This document shows positions 54,391 to 64,000 of a stretch of 64,000 nt of DNA, in pieces; the first letter of the stretch is position 1; every line of letters begins with the position of its first letter. Origin of the DNA: Nannocystis bainbridge (lineage in GTDB: Bacteria; Myxococcota_A; Polyangia; Nannocystales; Nannocystaceae). The stretch spans positions 2,592,001-2,656,000 of the forward strand of contig NZ_JAQNDL010000003.1 of assembly GCF_028368995.1 (NCBI RefSeq), written 5' to 3'. Below the pieces are notes generated by a model. It saw only the letters and a list, made by a program, of their open reading frames with translations, was not told the DNA's origin and ran no database searches. Position numbers and translations under genes: made by a program.

Positions 54391-55200
54391 TCAGTTGCAG
54401 AGCTGATTGCGGGGGATGCAGCCCTCTTCCTCGCCGCAATGGCAATCGTAGTTGCCCTGGCACGGGCCGCAGGTGGGCTCCTCGGGCGGGGCGCAGTAGC
54501 CCTTGATGTCGTTGATCTTCCAGGTCGAGTAGTAGTTGCTGGCCGCGTACGCGTACGACTGGCAGGCCGACGACGCGCTGGAGAGGGTCGAGGTCGAGCC
54601 GCAGCCGACCGAGAGGCCGGTCTTCGGGCCGCAGCTATGGGTCGTGGTGATCACGCCGCAGGTCGCGTAAGTGTACGTATTGATCGTCTCGGTGATCGCG
54701 TTGCAGGCGTTGTTGTACGTCACGCCCGCGTTGGCCTGGACCGCGTTGCAGGTGCTCGGGCCGGCCAGGGCCGTGTGCGTCAGCTGGGCCTGACAGCGGA
54801 ACGACTCGGCGCTGGGCGCCGCGATCTCCTTGTTCTCGATCTCGACGATGAGGGCGCGGATCTCCGCCAGCTGCCCCGGCGAGGTCTCGCTGCCCGGGAC
54901 CTCCGCCGCGATCGCCAGGTGCTCCTCCGCCGCGTACAGGCTGGCCAGCCCGTGCAGCTTGCCCGGCTCGCCGACGCCGACGAACTCCTCCTGGCCGTCG
55001 GCGCCGATCCGGCTCCACAGGCCTTTGTCTTGCTCGACCCAGCCGTCGCCGAGGCCCAGCTCCGCGGGCGTGAGCAGCGTCGGCTGCGACTCCGGGGTGG
55101 CGCCGTCGTCACCGGGGGCGTCGCAGGCGGACAGCGTGAGCGCCGAGGCGGCGGCGCAGAGGAACGAGAGGGCGAAGAAGTTACGGATGTGCTTGTGCAT
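54391..55200 (-). CDS. Lipoprotein with Cys-rich C-terminus
   Basis: Lipobox LSAC, with GAGG before the ATG. Confidence 0.75.
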   Translation of the reverse strand: MHKHIRNFFALSFLCAAASALTLSACDAPGDDGATPESQPTLLTPAELGLGDGWVEQDKGLWSRIGADGQEEFVGVGEPGKLHGLASLYAAEEHLAIAAEVPGSETSPGQLAEIRALIVEIENKEIAAPSAESFRCQAQLTHTALAGPSTCNAVQANAGVTYNNACNAITETINTYTYATCGVITTTHSCGPKTGLSVGCGSTSTLSSASSACQSYAYAASNYYSTWKINDIKGYCAPPEEPTCGPCQGNYDCHCGEEEGCIPRNQLCN

Positions 55201-55631
55201 GGTGACCTCGATACAAAAACGTGGGCTGTGAATGCGCTGGTTCGGGCGCACGAGGGCCCGACGTCCGACCGCAAGGGTCGGGCGGGAGCGACGGACGCCA
55301 TGCGTCGTCGCGGGCCTCGTGCGTGCCGGGCGGAGAGCGTCCGGCTTCATGAAGGGGTTGCTCGGGCGCGCCGGTTCCTGACACCCGCCTCGCGAATATT
55401 TTCAGGTCCGCCGCGACGGCGCGGATTCGGGCCGGGCGCCCCCGGCCCTTCGGCGAGTCCGACGGCGGTGGGATGGCCAGGCCTGTCCGGGCGCCCATGC
55501 ACGAGATGTCCCTTCGGACATTTTACATGGCCTTCAGGACATCTCGCTGGATCATCCACGAGCCCCGAATGTTAAAACGAAGCGCGGCGCCGACGGTTCA
55601 CCCGTCGCCGCCGCGCCTCGTCGAGCTCAGC

Positions 55632-56954
55632 TCACTGCGGGATGACGCCGCAGCTGTCGACCTCGTTCGGCACGCAGCCGGCGCAGTCCCAGCGGAACTT
55701 GTCGATCACGCCGACCGTGTCCCACACCGTGTCGCCGAGGTCGAACACCGAGATGGCGAGCGTGAAGCTCTCGCCCGGCTTGGCGGAGCCCTTGGCGGTG
55801 TACCAGCCGGTCGCGGCGCCCTCGCCGTCGCCGGGGAAGCCGGTGCCGGCGAGCAGCGGGTCGCCGGGCAGGATCGTCATGTACGGGTCGAGCGCGGTGA
55901 CCGTCAGCGGCTGCTCGTCGATGAAGGTGACGTTGCCGGTGAAGGTCTCGCTGGTCGACCACACGATCAGCATGTCGTTGACCGACGCGCCGACGAAGTT
56001 CGGCCACTCCTCGGTGAAGTAGACGAAGTCGAGCAGGTAGCCGTGGGTGCCCTGCGGGACCTGGAGGTCGAACGACATGTAGAACACGTCGTGAGCGACG
56101 CCAGCGCCGATCCCGTTCCACTGGTTGGCGATCGTGTCGGAGCAGTCGTGGACGCCGTCGCAGTTCATGAACGGGGTCCCGCCGGCGCCGTTGTTGCTGC
56201 CCACCTCGTGGTGCATGACGCCCGGGAGCTGCATCAGGTTGTCGGGGTTGCCGTTCCCCTGGCTGTCCTGGTTGTTCTGCTCGACCAGGCCGCCGTCGGC
56301 CTCGAGGTTCGGGAACGTGCCCGAGCCGATCACGAGGAACCGCGAGCCCTCCTTCGGCGCCCACGCCCACTGGTTCGGGTCCATCGGATCCTTGGCGGTC
56401 CCGAAGTGGGTGGCGACGCGGTAGCTGCTGGTGTCCGGCGCCATGATCACGGGGTTGGTGATCGGGATCGCGGCCGCGGGGTTGTCCGAGCAGTTGAGGC
56501 CGATCGCCTTGAAGATGTCGTCGCCGGCCTCATCACATGGCGGCTGGGTCGCCGGCGCCTGACAATCGTCGCTGCCGCCGGTGGTGTCGTTGCCGGTGGT
56601 GGTGTCGTCGGTCGTCGACGAGGTGCCGTCGGTCGTCGTCGTATCGTCGGTCGTCGCCGAGGTGTCGTCGCTCGTCGCGGCCTCGGTCGTCGAGCCGGTC
56701 CCGGTCGCGTCGGCGGTCGTGCTGGTCGCCGGCTCGGTGGCCGACTCCGAGTCGCTCATCGTGCCCGACGGGTCGCCGGTGGTGCCGGTGGAGGTCGGCT
56801 CGTCGACGCCGGTGGTCGACACGCCCGGACCGCTCGGGTTCAGCGTCGCCGTGATGTTCGCGGTGTCCGAGCTCGAGGCGTCGCCGTCGTCACCGCAAGC
56901 GGCGAGGGAGAGGGACAGGCAAGCGGAGAGGGTAATGCTTCGTGTAGGGAGCAT
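55632..56954 (-). CDS. Lipoprotein, Thr-rich linker plus choice-of-anchor-L-like domain
   Basis: Lipobox LAAC, T/S/D-rich stretch, FVYFTEEWPNFVG..VND and FDLGDTVWDT. Confidence 0.7.
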   Translation of the reverse strand: MLPTRSITLSACLSLSLAACGDDGDASSSDTANITATLNPSGPGVSTTGVDEPTSTGTTGDPSGTMSDSESATEPATSTTADATGTGSTTEAATSDDTSATTDDTTTTDGTSSTTDDTTTGNDTTGGSDDCQAPATQPPCDEAGDDIFKAIGLNCSDNPAAAIPITNPVIMAPDTSSYRVATHFGTAKDPMDPNQWAWAPKEGSRFLVIGSGTFPNLEADGGLVEQNNQDSQGNGNPDNLMQLPGVMHHEVGSNNGAGGTPFMNCDGVHDCSDTIANQWNGIGAGVAHDVFYMSFDLQVPQGTHGYLLDFVYFTEEWPNFVGASVNDMLIVWSTSETFTGNVTFIDEQPLTVTALDPYMTILPGDPLLAGTGFPGDGEGAATGWYTAKGSAKPGESFTLAISVFDLGDTVWDTVGVIDKFRWDCAGCVPNEVDSCGVIPQ

Positions 56955-57222
56955 GTGGGTATCGTGGCCGTCTCGCGCGCGCTCGCCGTTCGTCACGAAC
57001 GGCCGGCGAGATCGACGGGCCACCTTAGCCCGCTTCGCGGCCAACGATCTCTCGGGTTCGCAAGCTTCGCGGCGACGAGGCGGGGGCATCTCCCTGGGCG
57101 ATGCCCTGCCCGCGACGAGGCGAGTGACTTTGCCAACTGCACGGCGCGCACCGCTCGCTGCATGGACCCAGCGAGCGATGTCCTGGAGCGCAGCCGCGGC
57201 TGCGAGTCACATGTCCCTCGGG

Positions 57223-58407
57223 TCAGGTGAGGCGGAGCGAGCCGGTCGGCGAGCGAGCCCCGGGCGGCACGCTGGCGACGCGGTCCGAGTAGCGGCGTTG
57301 CGGACGCAGCGCCACCAGCACCCGCGCATCGGGCGACGGCGTGTCCTGCCCCGGCGCGAGCACCCCGAGCTGCTGCAAAGCCTCGCGCTGGATCAGCACC
57401 TGCGTCGGCGGCGAGCCAGGCGGCGTGTCGCTGGCGAACACGGCCTGCGCCGGGGTCCAGACCGCACGGAAGTGCGGCGCGCGGCCCTGGACCACGGCGA
57501 CGATGCCGGGCTGAGCCGACGCGTCGGGCTCGCCGACCACCGGCGCGTAGCCCTGCGTGTCGCGGACGATCGTCACCTGGTCGGTGTCGGCCTCGTAGTG
57601 CGGGCCGCCGTCGAACGGGTCGACGCGGCCGCTGTACTGGAAGCCGATGCTCTCGAGCAGCCGCTTGGCTCCGACAGTGTTGGGGCCGACCTGACCGACG
57701 ATGTCCTGCACGCCCTCGGGCAGCAAGCACGCGTGGATCGGCATGGTCGGGAACAGCCGCCAGATGAACTCTTTGTTGAAGCGGCTCAGGCGGTCGGCCT
57801 CGTGATAGGTGAGGCCGGTGAACTTGTGGCCGAGCGCGTCCCACAGCGGCGAGCGCGTGGTGCCACCTGGCCCTTGGACCAGGGGCGGCAGCAGCTCGGC
57901 GAGCAGGCGATCGCGGAACCACCCGCGGTGGCTCGAGATGAACACGAAGCGCGCCAGCGACAGCAGGCGGCCGAGCTTCTCCGGGTGGTGGCGCAGCTCG
58001 GGGCGCAGCACCAGGCCGCCGAGCTCGGTCGGACCGTCGTAGGTCTGGCCGAGGTACAGCATCGTGTGCGTCATGTGGACGTCGTGCACCTCGGAGTTCG
58101 GGGTGACGCGGAGGTCGGCGTAGCGCTCCTCGTGCATGACGCGGAAGAACACGTGCGGCTCGTCGGTGTCGCCGTGCTGGGCGTGGATCATCGAAGTGCC
58201 GACGACCTGGCCGTCGTCGCCCTCGAGCACGAACAGGAAGCGGCGGGTCGGGTCGAAGTCGGGGCTGCCGCGGAACGAGGCCAACGAGCGCTGGAGGAGC
58301 TCGTGGATGTAGGGCCGCTCGGGCGGCAGATTGAGGCTGTTGAGGTGGCGCGCGAGCTCGAAGATCGCGTCTTCGTCGCTCATTGCTGCCTCGCGGAACA
58401 GGAACAT
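57223..58407 (-). CDS. astA: Arginine N-succinyltransferase
   Basis: NLPP, TELGGLVL.P, GRLLSLARF, LLAEL, SPLWDALG..F and VDPFDGGP. Confidence 0.85.
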   Translation of the reverse strand: MFLFREAAMSDEDAIFELARHLNSLNLPPERPYIHELLQRSLASFRGSPDFDPTRRFLFVLEGDDGQVVGTSMIHAQHGDTDEPHVFFRVMHEERYADLRVTPNSEVHDVHMTHTMLYLGQTYDGPTELGGLVLRPELRHHPEKLGRLLSLARFVFISSHRGWFRDRLLAELLPPLVQGPGGTTRSPLWDALGHKFTGLTYHEADRLSRFNKEFIWRLFPTMPIHACLLPEGVQDIVGQVGPNTVGAKRLLESIGFQYSGRVDPFDGGPHYEADTDQVTIVRDTQGYAPVVGEPDASAQPGIVAVVQGRAPHFRAVWTPAQAVFASDTPPGSPPTQVLIQREALQQLGVLAPGQDTPSPDARVLVALRPQRRYSDRVASVPPGARSPTGSLRLT

Positions 58408-58539
58408 CGGGGCACCTTCCAGGGCTCGATCGAGCGCGTCCGATGCCGCTCCGAATCGCCGCTGGCCGCCTCTAGTGTGGCACCGGGGCACGCACGCGGG
58501 CGCTCGCAGTGCGAGCCCTCACTGCGTCCGGCACTCACA

Positions 58540-59580
58540 TCACGGCTCGCGCAACACCGTGACCTTGTCGCCGACGATCTCGAGCGCCTCGGGGTGTCCG
58601 CCGTAGTAGGCCGCCATGCCGACGTCGATGCACCACACCGCGCCGTCGCAGGCCGTCATCACGCCCTCCTTGTGCACGGTGTGACCGACGACCAGTCGCT
58701 TGGCCGGCACCGCGGCGAGCGTCTCGCGCAGCACCTCGCACTCGGCCGGCTTGGGCTCGAGGCAGTAGCGACGCACCCAGACCGGGCTCTCGTCGTCTTG
58801 CAGGAGCTCGGGGGAGATCTCCCCGTCACCGCGGAGCCAGCGCTGGACCTCGTCGTTGATCGTGTCGAGGCCGCGACGCACGTGCTGCGGCAGCAGGCCG
58901 CCGTGGGTGAACACGGTTTCGCCGATGACGAGCACGACCGGCCGTTGCGCCAGCTTGCGCGCCCACGGCCCGCCGGGCGCGAACGCGAGCCAGCGGCCGC
59001 GCATGGGCTCGGGCACGCGGGCGGCGCGCGGGTCGGCGAGGTCGACGCCGGGCTCGCGCTCGAAGTCGAGGAAGCCGCCCGCGGTCACGTAGCGCAGGTC
59101 GCCGGCCGCGTTCATCAGCTCGTGATTGCCGTTCAACACGTGCAAAGCGCCGCCGGCCTCCCTGGCCTCGCCCTGCAGGCGCTCGAGCAGCTCGAGGATC
59201 TTGCGCTCGCCGTCGCCGCGGTCGAGCTGGTCGCCGGTCTGCACGACCACCAGATCCTTGCCGATCCACCGATCTTGGGGGTCGATCGCCCCGGCCAGCC
59301 GCAGCGCCGCGCGCGTCGCCTCGAAGTCGCCGTGCACGTCGCCGAGCGCGACCAGCCGCGGCGGCGCGGGCAACCGCGTGGTCGTCGGCGCGGCGGCGGG
59401 CGCGGCGGTCGTGGTCGGCGCCGACGGAGCAGCGTTCTCCGCGGTCGCCGCCGGGCGCGATGCCTGCTGCGCGCTCGCGGGTTTACGCGCCGAGTCGCAC
59501 GCCGCGGAGGCCCACGCCCCGACCGCCAGGATCGCCCCGCACAGGGCAGTACGCGTCGCTCGCCGCGGGTCCTCACGCAT
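58540..59580 (-). CDS. Calcineurin-like metallophosphatase (Shewanella-like), probably a lipoprotein
   Basis: GDVHGD, GDQLDRG, GNHE, HGG, VVGHT and IDVGM. Confidence 0.88.
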   Translation of the reverse strand: MREDPRRATRTALCGAILAVGAWASAACDSARKPASAQQASRPAATAENAAPSAPTTTAAPAAAPTTTRLPAPPRLVALGDVHGDFEATRAALRLAGAIDPQDRWIGKDLVVVQTGDQLDRGDGERKILELLERLQGEAREAGGALHVLNGNHELMNAAGDLRYVTAGGFLDFEREPGVDLADPRAARVPEPMRGRWLAFAPGGPWARKLAQRPVVLVIGETVFTHGGLLPQHVRRGLDTINDEVQRWLRGDGEISPELLQDDESPVWVRRYCLEPKPAECEVLRETLAAVPAKRLVVGHTVHKEGVMTACDGAVWCIDVGMAAYYGGHPEALEIVGDKVTVLREP

Positions 59581-59652
59581 GGACCGGGAGCCTACCACGA
59601 CGCGCGGATCCGCGGGCCCCGCGGGCGCCGCGATCCGCGGTAACGTCGGACC

Positions 59653-60795
59653 ATGGACAGCGGCGCTCCGCAGCAGCACGGCGGCCGAATCCTCGTCGTC
59701 GACGACGAAGCGACGATGCGCCGGCTGCTCGAGAAATTGCTGCGCCTGGAGGGCTACGACGTCGCCCTCGCCAGCTCGGGCGAGCAGGCGCTGCAGGAGG
59801 TGTTCGCCCGCGGCGCCGACACCGTGCTGCTCGACATGCGACTGCCCGGCATGAGCGGGCTCGATGTATGTCGCAACATCCGCGCGCACCCGCGGGGCAC
59901 ACACACGCCGATCGTGTTCATCACCGCGGTGAACGACCGCGAGCTGCGCCGCAAGGGCATGGAGGCCGGCGCCGACGATTTCCTCAGCAAGCCGTTCGAC
60001 GAGGTCGAGCTGCTGGCACGGATCCGCAACTGCGTGCGGGTCAAGCGCTACTACGACAACGTCGAGCAGCAGAAGGGCGCGCTGGCGCGGGCCGTCGACG
60101 ACCGCACCGCCGAGCTGGCGACGGTGGTGTCCGAGCTGACGCGCATCCAGAACGAGCTGCGGGCCTCGCACGAGGAGACGATCTATCGCCTGTCGCGCGC
60201 GGCCGAGTTCCGCGACGACGAGACCGGGCAGCACCTGCAGCGCATGAGCTGGTACTGCCACATGATCGGCAGCAAGATCGGCCTGTCCCCCAGTACATGT
60301 GAGCTGCTGCGGATCGCCAGCCCGATGCACGACGTCGGCAAGCTGGGGATCCCCGACCGGATCCTCCTCAAGCCCGGGAGGCTGACGCCGGAGGAGTTCA
60401 CGATCATGAAGACGCACGCGGAGATCGGGTACCGGATCCTCCACGGCTCGACGGCGGCGCCGCTGGAGATGGCGGCGATGATCGCCCACACGCACCACGA
60501 GAAGTGGGACGGCAGCGGCTACCCCCACGGCCTGCGCGGCGAGGACATCCCGCTGGCCGGCCGGATCGCGGCCATCGCCGACGTGTTCGACGCCCTCACC
60601 AGCGCCCGCCCCTACAAGTCGGCCTGGCCGCTCGAGGCGGCGCTCGACCTGCTGCGCAAGAGCGCCGGCTCGCACTTCGACCCGCACCTCGTCCACGTGT
60701 TCCTCGACAACATCGACGAGGTGCTGGCGATCCGCGAGCGCTTCGTCGACGGCACCCCGGCGCCGCACCCCGAGGCGGCCGTCGTGGTCCACTGA
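59653..60795 (+). CDS. Response regulator with HD-GYP phosphodiesterase (RpfG-like)
   Basis: REC domain (VVDDE, LLDMRLP, KPF), then HDVGK and HHEKWDGSGYP. Confidence 0.92.
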   Translation: MDSGAPQQHGGRILVVDDEATMRRLLEKLLRLEGYDVALASSGEQALQEVFARGADTVLLDMRLPGMSGLDVCRNIRAHPRGTHTPIVFITAVNDRELRRKGMEAGADDFLSKPFDEVELLARIRNCVRVKRYYDNVEQQKGALARAVDDRTAELATVVSELTRIQNELRASHEETIYRLSRAAEFRDDETGQHLQRMSWYCHMIGSKIGLSPSTCELLRIASPMHDVGKLGIPDRILLKPGRLTPEEFTIMKTHAEIGYRILHGSTAAPLEMAAMIAHTHHEKWDGSGYPHGLRGEDIPLAGRIAAIADVFDALTSARPYKSAWPLEAALDLLRKSAGSHFDPHLVHVFLDNIDEVLAIRERFVDGTPAPHPEAAVVVH

Positions 60796-61031
60796 CTTTT
60801 TTCGTGGGAGGCCGCGGCGCGGCGGCCGGGGCCGTCGCGCGCGCGCCCTGAGCCGGCCGCGGCGAGGGCCCGCGGGAAAGTCGGGGCCCTCGCCAAATTG
60901 TTTGGGCGGTCGGGGGGCACTGACCCTGTGAGCGGCGCCTCCGACGAGCGCGGCGCGAGCAGCGGACGCTCGCGACCTGCGCGCGGCGCGAGGGCCTGCG
61001 TATTCTTTCGTTCAAAAAAGCGAGCGGCATC

Positions 61032-62162
61032 ATGTTTGGTCATTTCGGCGACAATCATCAAAGGCACGGGTATGTACATTGTCGCGGCCTCGCGGCCGCG
61101 GCCGCGGCCCTGGTGCTGCTGGGCTGTCCCGGCGGCGGCGGCGATGGCGAGACCGAAGCGGCCCCGAGTTCGAGCGACGACACCGGCGAGACCGGCGGCA
61201 CCAGCGAGACCGGCGGCCCCGCCGATCCACCCACCAGCACGAGCAGCACCAGCGGCACCGACACTACCTCGCCGGAGACGACGGTCACCGCCACTTCCGT
61301 CGACCCGGGCTCGACGACCGACACCACCGGTGAGCCGCCGGTCGACGCCTGTCACCTGGCCGACGACAACGTCGCCTGCGATCCGCTCGTCGATCGCAGC
61401 GGCGACATCGCCGTCTCGCACGAGCATCTCTATCCCCACGCGACCCTGCTCGCGGCCCCGGACCAGCCGACCGCGCTCGAGGCTTGCGACATCTACGCCC
61501 AGGACTGCCCCGAAGGCCAGAAGTGCACCGTCATCGGCGCCCAGTGGGACGCGCTCGCCTGCGTGCCGCTGACCCAGTTCCCGCGCCAGCGCGGCGAGTT
61601 CTGCGGCACCGAGGACGACGGCGACACCTGCGACGCCGGGCTCCTGTGCCAGTTCGACGCGATGGTCGGCAGCCAGGTCTGCCAGCCGCTGTGCGGCTGC
61701 AGCCAGACCAACCCGACCTGCGGCGAGAACGAGCGCTGCGTCCTCTACAACAGCTGGATCCTGCCCAAGTGCGAGCGCCTGTGCGATCCGCTCGACCTGT
61801 CGACCTGCGGCGCCGGCGAGGTGTGCATCAAGGGCCAGTGGGTCAACGATTTCTTCTGCGAGGTGGACCTCTCGGGCGCCACCGGCGAGTTCGGCGACGC
61901 GTGCGACAAGGGCAACGGCTGCGACCCCGGCTATTCGTGCGAGGCCCCCGAGTACGTGCCCGGCGGCTGCCCCGACGGCGCGATCGCCTGCTGCACGCCC
62001 ATGTGCAATCTCGGCGACCCGCAGTGCCCCGACGGCACCGAGTGCCGCGATTACTTCGGCGGCTTCGGCCTCGCTCCGGCGCAGTGCCTCGATGACGTCG
62101 GCTTCTGCACCGTCGAGGCCATGTCACGGGTCGAGCGGACCGAGCTGCCCTGGACGCGCTGA
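61032..62162 (+). CDS. Cys-rich lipoprotein with Thr-rich linker
   Basis: Lipobox LLGC, CDIYAQDCPEGQKC and CDPLD repeats. Start is uncertain. Confidence 0.75.
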   Translation: MFGHFGDNHQRHGYVHCRGLAAAAAALVLLGCPGGGGDGETEAAPSSSDDTGETGGTSETGGPADPPTSTSSTSGTDTTSPETTVTATSVDPGSTTDTTGEPPVDACHLADDNVACDPLVDRSGDIAVSHEHLYPHATLLAAPDQPTALEACDIYAQDCPEGQKCTVIGAQWDALACVPLTQFPRQRGEFCGTEDDGDTCDAGLLCQFDAMVGSQVCQPLCGCSQTNPTCGENERCVLYNSWILPKCERLCDPLDLSTCGAGEVCIKGQWVNDFFCEVDLSGATGEFGDACDKGNGCDPGYSCEAPEYVPGGCPDGAIACCTPMCNLGDPQCPDGTECRDYFGGFGLAPAQCLDDVGFCTVEAMSRVERTELPWTR

Positions 62163-62466
62163 GCTCGCGCGATCCGCCGAATCATCACACCACACATTCC
62201 CTCGCCGCGCGCGCTCCCCACCGGGCGCGCGCGCCGCCAGAATGCAACGGCAGACACCCGCCGACGCGGTCAGCAACTGCATTTGCGCCGCGCCCGCCGC
62301 GTTCACGCTCGCGTCCGCGGAGGGCTCGCCGCTGCCACTCGATCGCACCCTCGTCGCCGACCTCGACTTCGAATGTTCATAGCAGTCGCGAACGCAGATT
62401 CGAGGACGGCCTGATTCACAGCACCCGAGCTTCTCTCTATAAAGGGAGTCACCAAGGGGGTTGGGA

Positions 62467-64000
62467 GTGAGGGGATTGAAGCATCGATTCTTGACGGGCG
62501 CTTGTGGCCTGGCGCTGACCGCGGGCTGTGGGAGCGACGTGCCCGCGAGCAGCGCCACGACGACCGAGGGCGCGAATACCACCGACGTGATGACGGGCTC
62601 GACCGAGCCGGGCACGTCTTCGACCACCAACACGAACCCGACGACCCCGCCGACCACCTCGGCGAGCGCGAGCGGCGATCCGACCACGACGACCGGCGCC
62701 ACGACCACGTCGACCACTGACGACCCTTCGACATCCACGACCGAGCCCGAGCCGGCTTGCGGAGACGGCGCGGTCGATCCCGGCGAGGCCTGCGACGACG
62801 GGGGCGACAACGGCCCCGGGCAGCCGTGCAACGCCGCCTGCCAGGCCAACGCCTGCGGCGACGACGACAAGGGCCCCGGCGAGGAGTGTGACAACGGCGC
62901 CATGAACGGCGACACGAACGGCTGCAAGTCGGACTGCACCAACAACGTGTGCGGCGACGGCTTCACCGGGCCGGGCGAGGGCTGCGACGACGGCAACCAG
63001 GTCGACGACGACGCGTGTACCAACGCGTGCAACCTCGCCAGCTGCGGCGACGGCATCGTCGCGCCGACCGAGCAGTGTGACGACGGCAACCTCGAGGACA
63101 CCGACAGCTGCACCAACAACTGCACCGACGCCAGCTGCGGCGACGGCTTCGTGCAATTGGCGGAGACGTGCGACGACGGCGTCGGCAACTCCAACAACGG
63201 CGCCTGCACCCTGGCGTGCACCGCGGCGGTCTGCGGCGACGGCTCGGTCTTCAACCAGGACCCGGGCACCGAGGAATGTGACGACGGGGTCGACAACGGC
63301 CCGGGTCAGGCCTGCAACGCGACCTGCGGCTTCAACGTGTGCGGCGACGGCGACCCCGGCCCCGACGAGCAGTGCGACGACGGCGACCTCGACGGCGGCG
63401 ACGGCTGCAGCGCCGGCTGCAAGCTCGAGGAGTGCGGCAACAGCGTGCTCGACCCGGGCGAGGCGTGCGACGACGGCCAGGACGGCGACAACGACGACGG
63501 CTGCACCGACGCCTGCAAGCTGCCGACCTGCGGCGACGGCTTCGTGCAGGCGAACCTGAGCGAGCAGTGCGACGATGGCGGCGCCAACAGCAACGCCGGC
63601 AGCTGCACCCTCGCTTGCAAGCTCGCCACCTGCGGCGACGGCCTGGTCCAGGCCCTCGTCGAGCAGTGCGACGACGGCGCCAACAACGGCAACAGCAACG
63701 CTTGCAAGGCCAACTGCACCCTCAACGTCTGCGGCGACGGCTTCAAGGGCCCGAGCGAGGCGTGCGACGACGGCAACGGCAACAACGAGGACGCCTGCAC
63801 CAACGTCTGCAAGCTCGCCACCTGCGGCGACGGCTTCAAGCAGCCGGGCGAGGAGTGCGACAGCGGGGCCAACAACAGCAACACCGGCGCCTGCACCCTC
63901 GCCTGCAAGCTTCCGGTCTGCGGCGACAACTTCACCCAGGCCAACGCCGGTGAAGAGTGCGACGACGGCAACATGAGCAGCACCGACGCCTGCGTCGCGT
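62467..64000 (+). CDS. DUF4215 / myxobacterial Cys-rich repeat lipoprotein, runs off the window edge
   Basis: LTAGC lipobox, T-rich linker and many CGDG...E.CDDGN repeats. Confidence 0.88.
   Translation, partial: MRGLKHRFLTGACGLALTAGCGSDVPASSATTTEGANTTDVMTGSTEPGTSSTTNTNPTTPPTTSASASGDPTTTTGATTTSTTDDPSTSTTEPEPACGDGAVDPGEACDDGGDNGPGQPCNAACQANACGDDDKGPGEECDNGAMNGDTNGCKSDCTNNVCGDGFTGPGEGCDDGNQVDDDACTNACNLASCGDGIVAPTEQCDDGNLEDTDSCTNNCTDASCGDGFVQLAETCDDGVGNSNNGACTLACTAAVCGDGSVFNQDPGTEECDDGVDNGPGQACNATCGFNVCGDGDPGPDEQCDDGDLDGGDGCSAGCKLEECGNSVLDPGEACDDGQDGDNDDGCTDACKLPTCGDGFVQANLSEQCDDGGANSNAGSCTLACKLATCGDGLVQALVEQCDDGANNGNSNACKANCTLNVCGDGFKGPSEACDDGNGNNEDACTNVCKLATCGDGFKQPGEECDSGANNSNTGACTLACKLPVCGDNFTQANAGEECDDGNMSSTDACVA

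Noticed and set aside
61032-61130. Frameshift at the lipoprotein start (ATG at 61072 is out of frame)
   Set aside because: An in-frame ATG exists at 61032, so there is not enough evidence for a frameshift.
62750-64000. Repetitive TGCGGCGACGGC DNA as a non-coding array
   Set aside because: It encodes ordinary DUF4215 CGDG protein repeats.

Overview
This is a very GC-rich window (roughly 72-73% by eye) from a myxobacterium. Nannocystis-like origin is inferred from the Ser/Thr kinase-TPR genes, DUF4215 Cys-rich proteins and Thr-rich lipoproteins. It holds about 50 CDSs. These include housekeeping genes (asd, pfkA, dusC, rhlE, astA), several GT-C-type membrane glycosyltransferase-like genes, a PilT-family ATPase, regulators (TetR, ArsR, sigma54 activator, HD-GYP), duplicated STAS modules, a Uma2 nuclease and a HipA-like kinase/DUF3037 pair. 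Three signals stand out. (1) A 14-bp gapped palindrome, TGTC-N6-GACA, is strongly over-represented (29 perfect copies found by eye), forms head-to-tail chains between genes and builds in-frame 36-bp arrays inside genes. (2) One protein consists of seven tandem ribosomal bL12 C-terminal domains with no bL12 N-terminal domain. (3) A non-canonical tRNA-Phe(GAA) sits behind a near-consensus sigma70 promoter, a 30-codon leader ORF and alternative hairpins that resemble an attenuator. No CRISPR array, rRNA or transposase was seen. All calls are by eye; no database searches were run.
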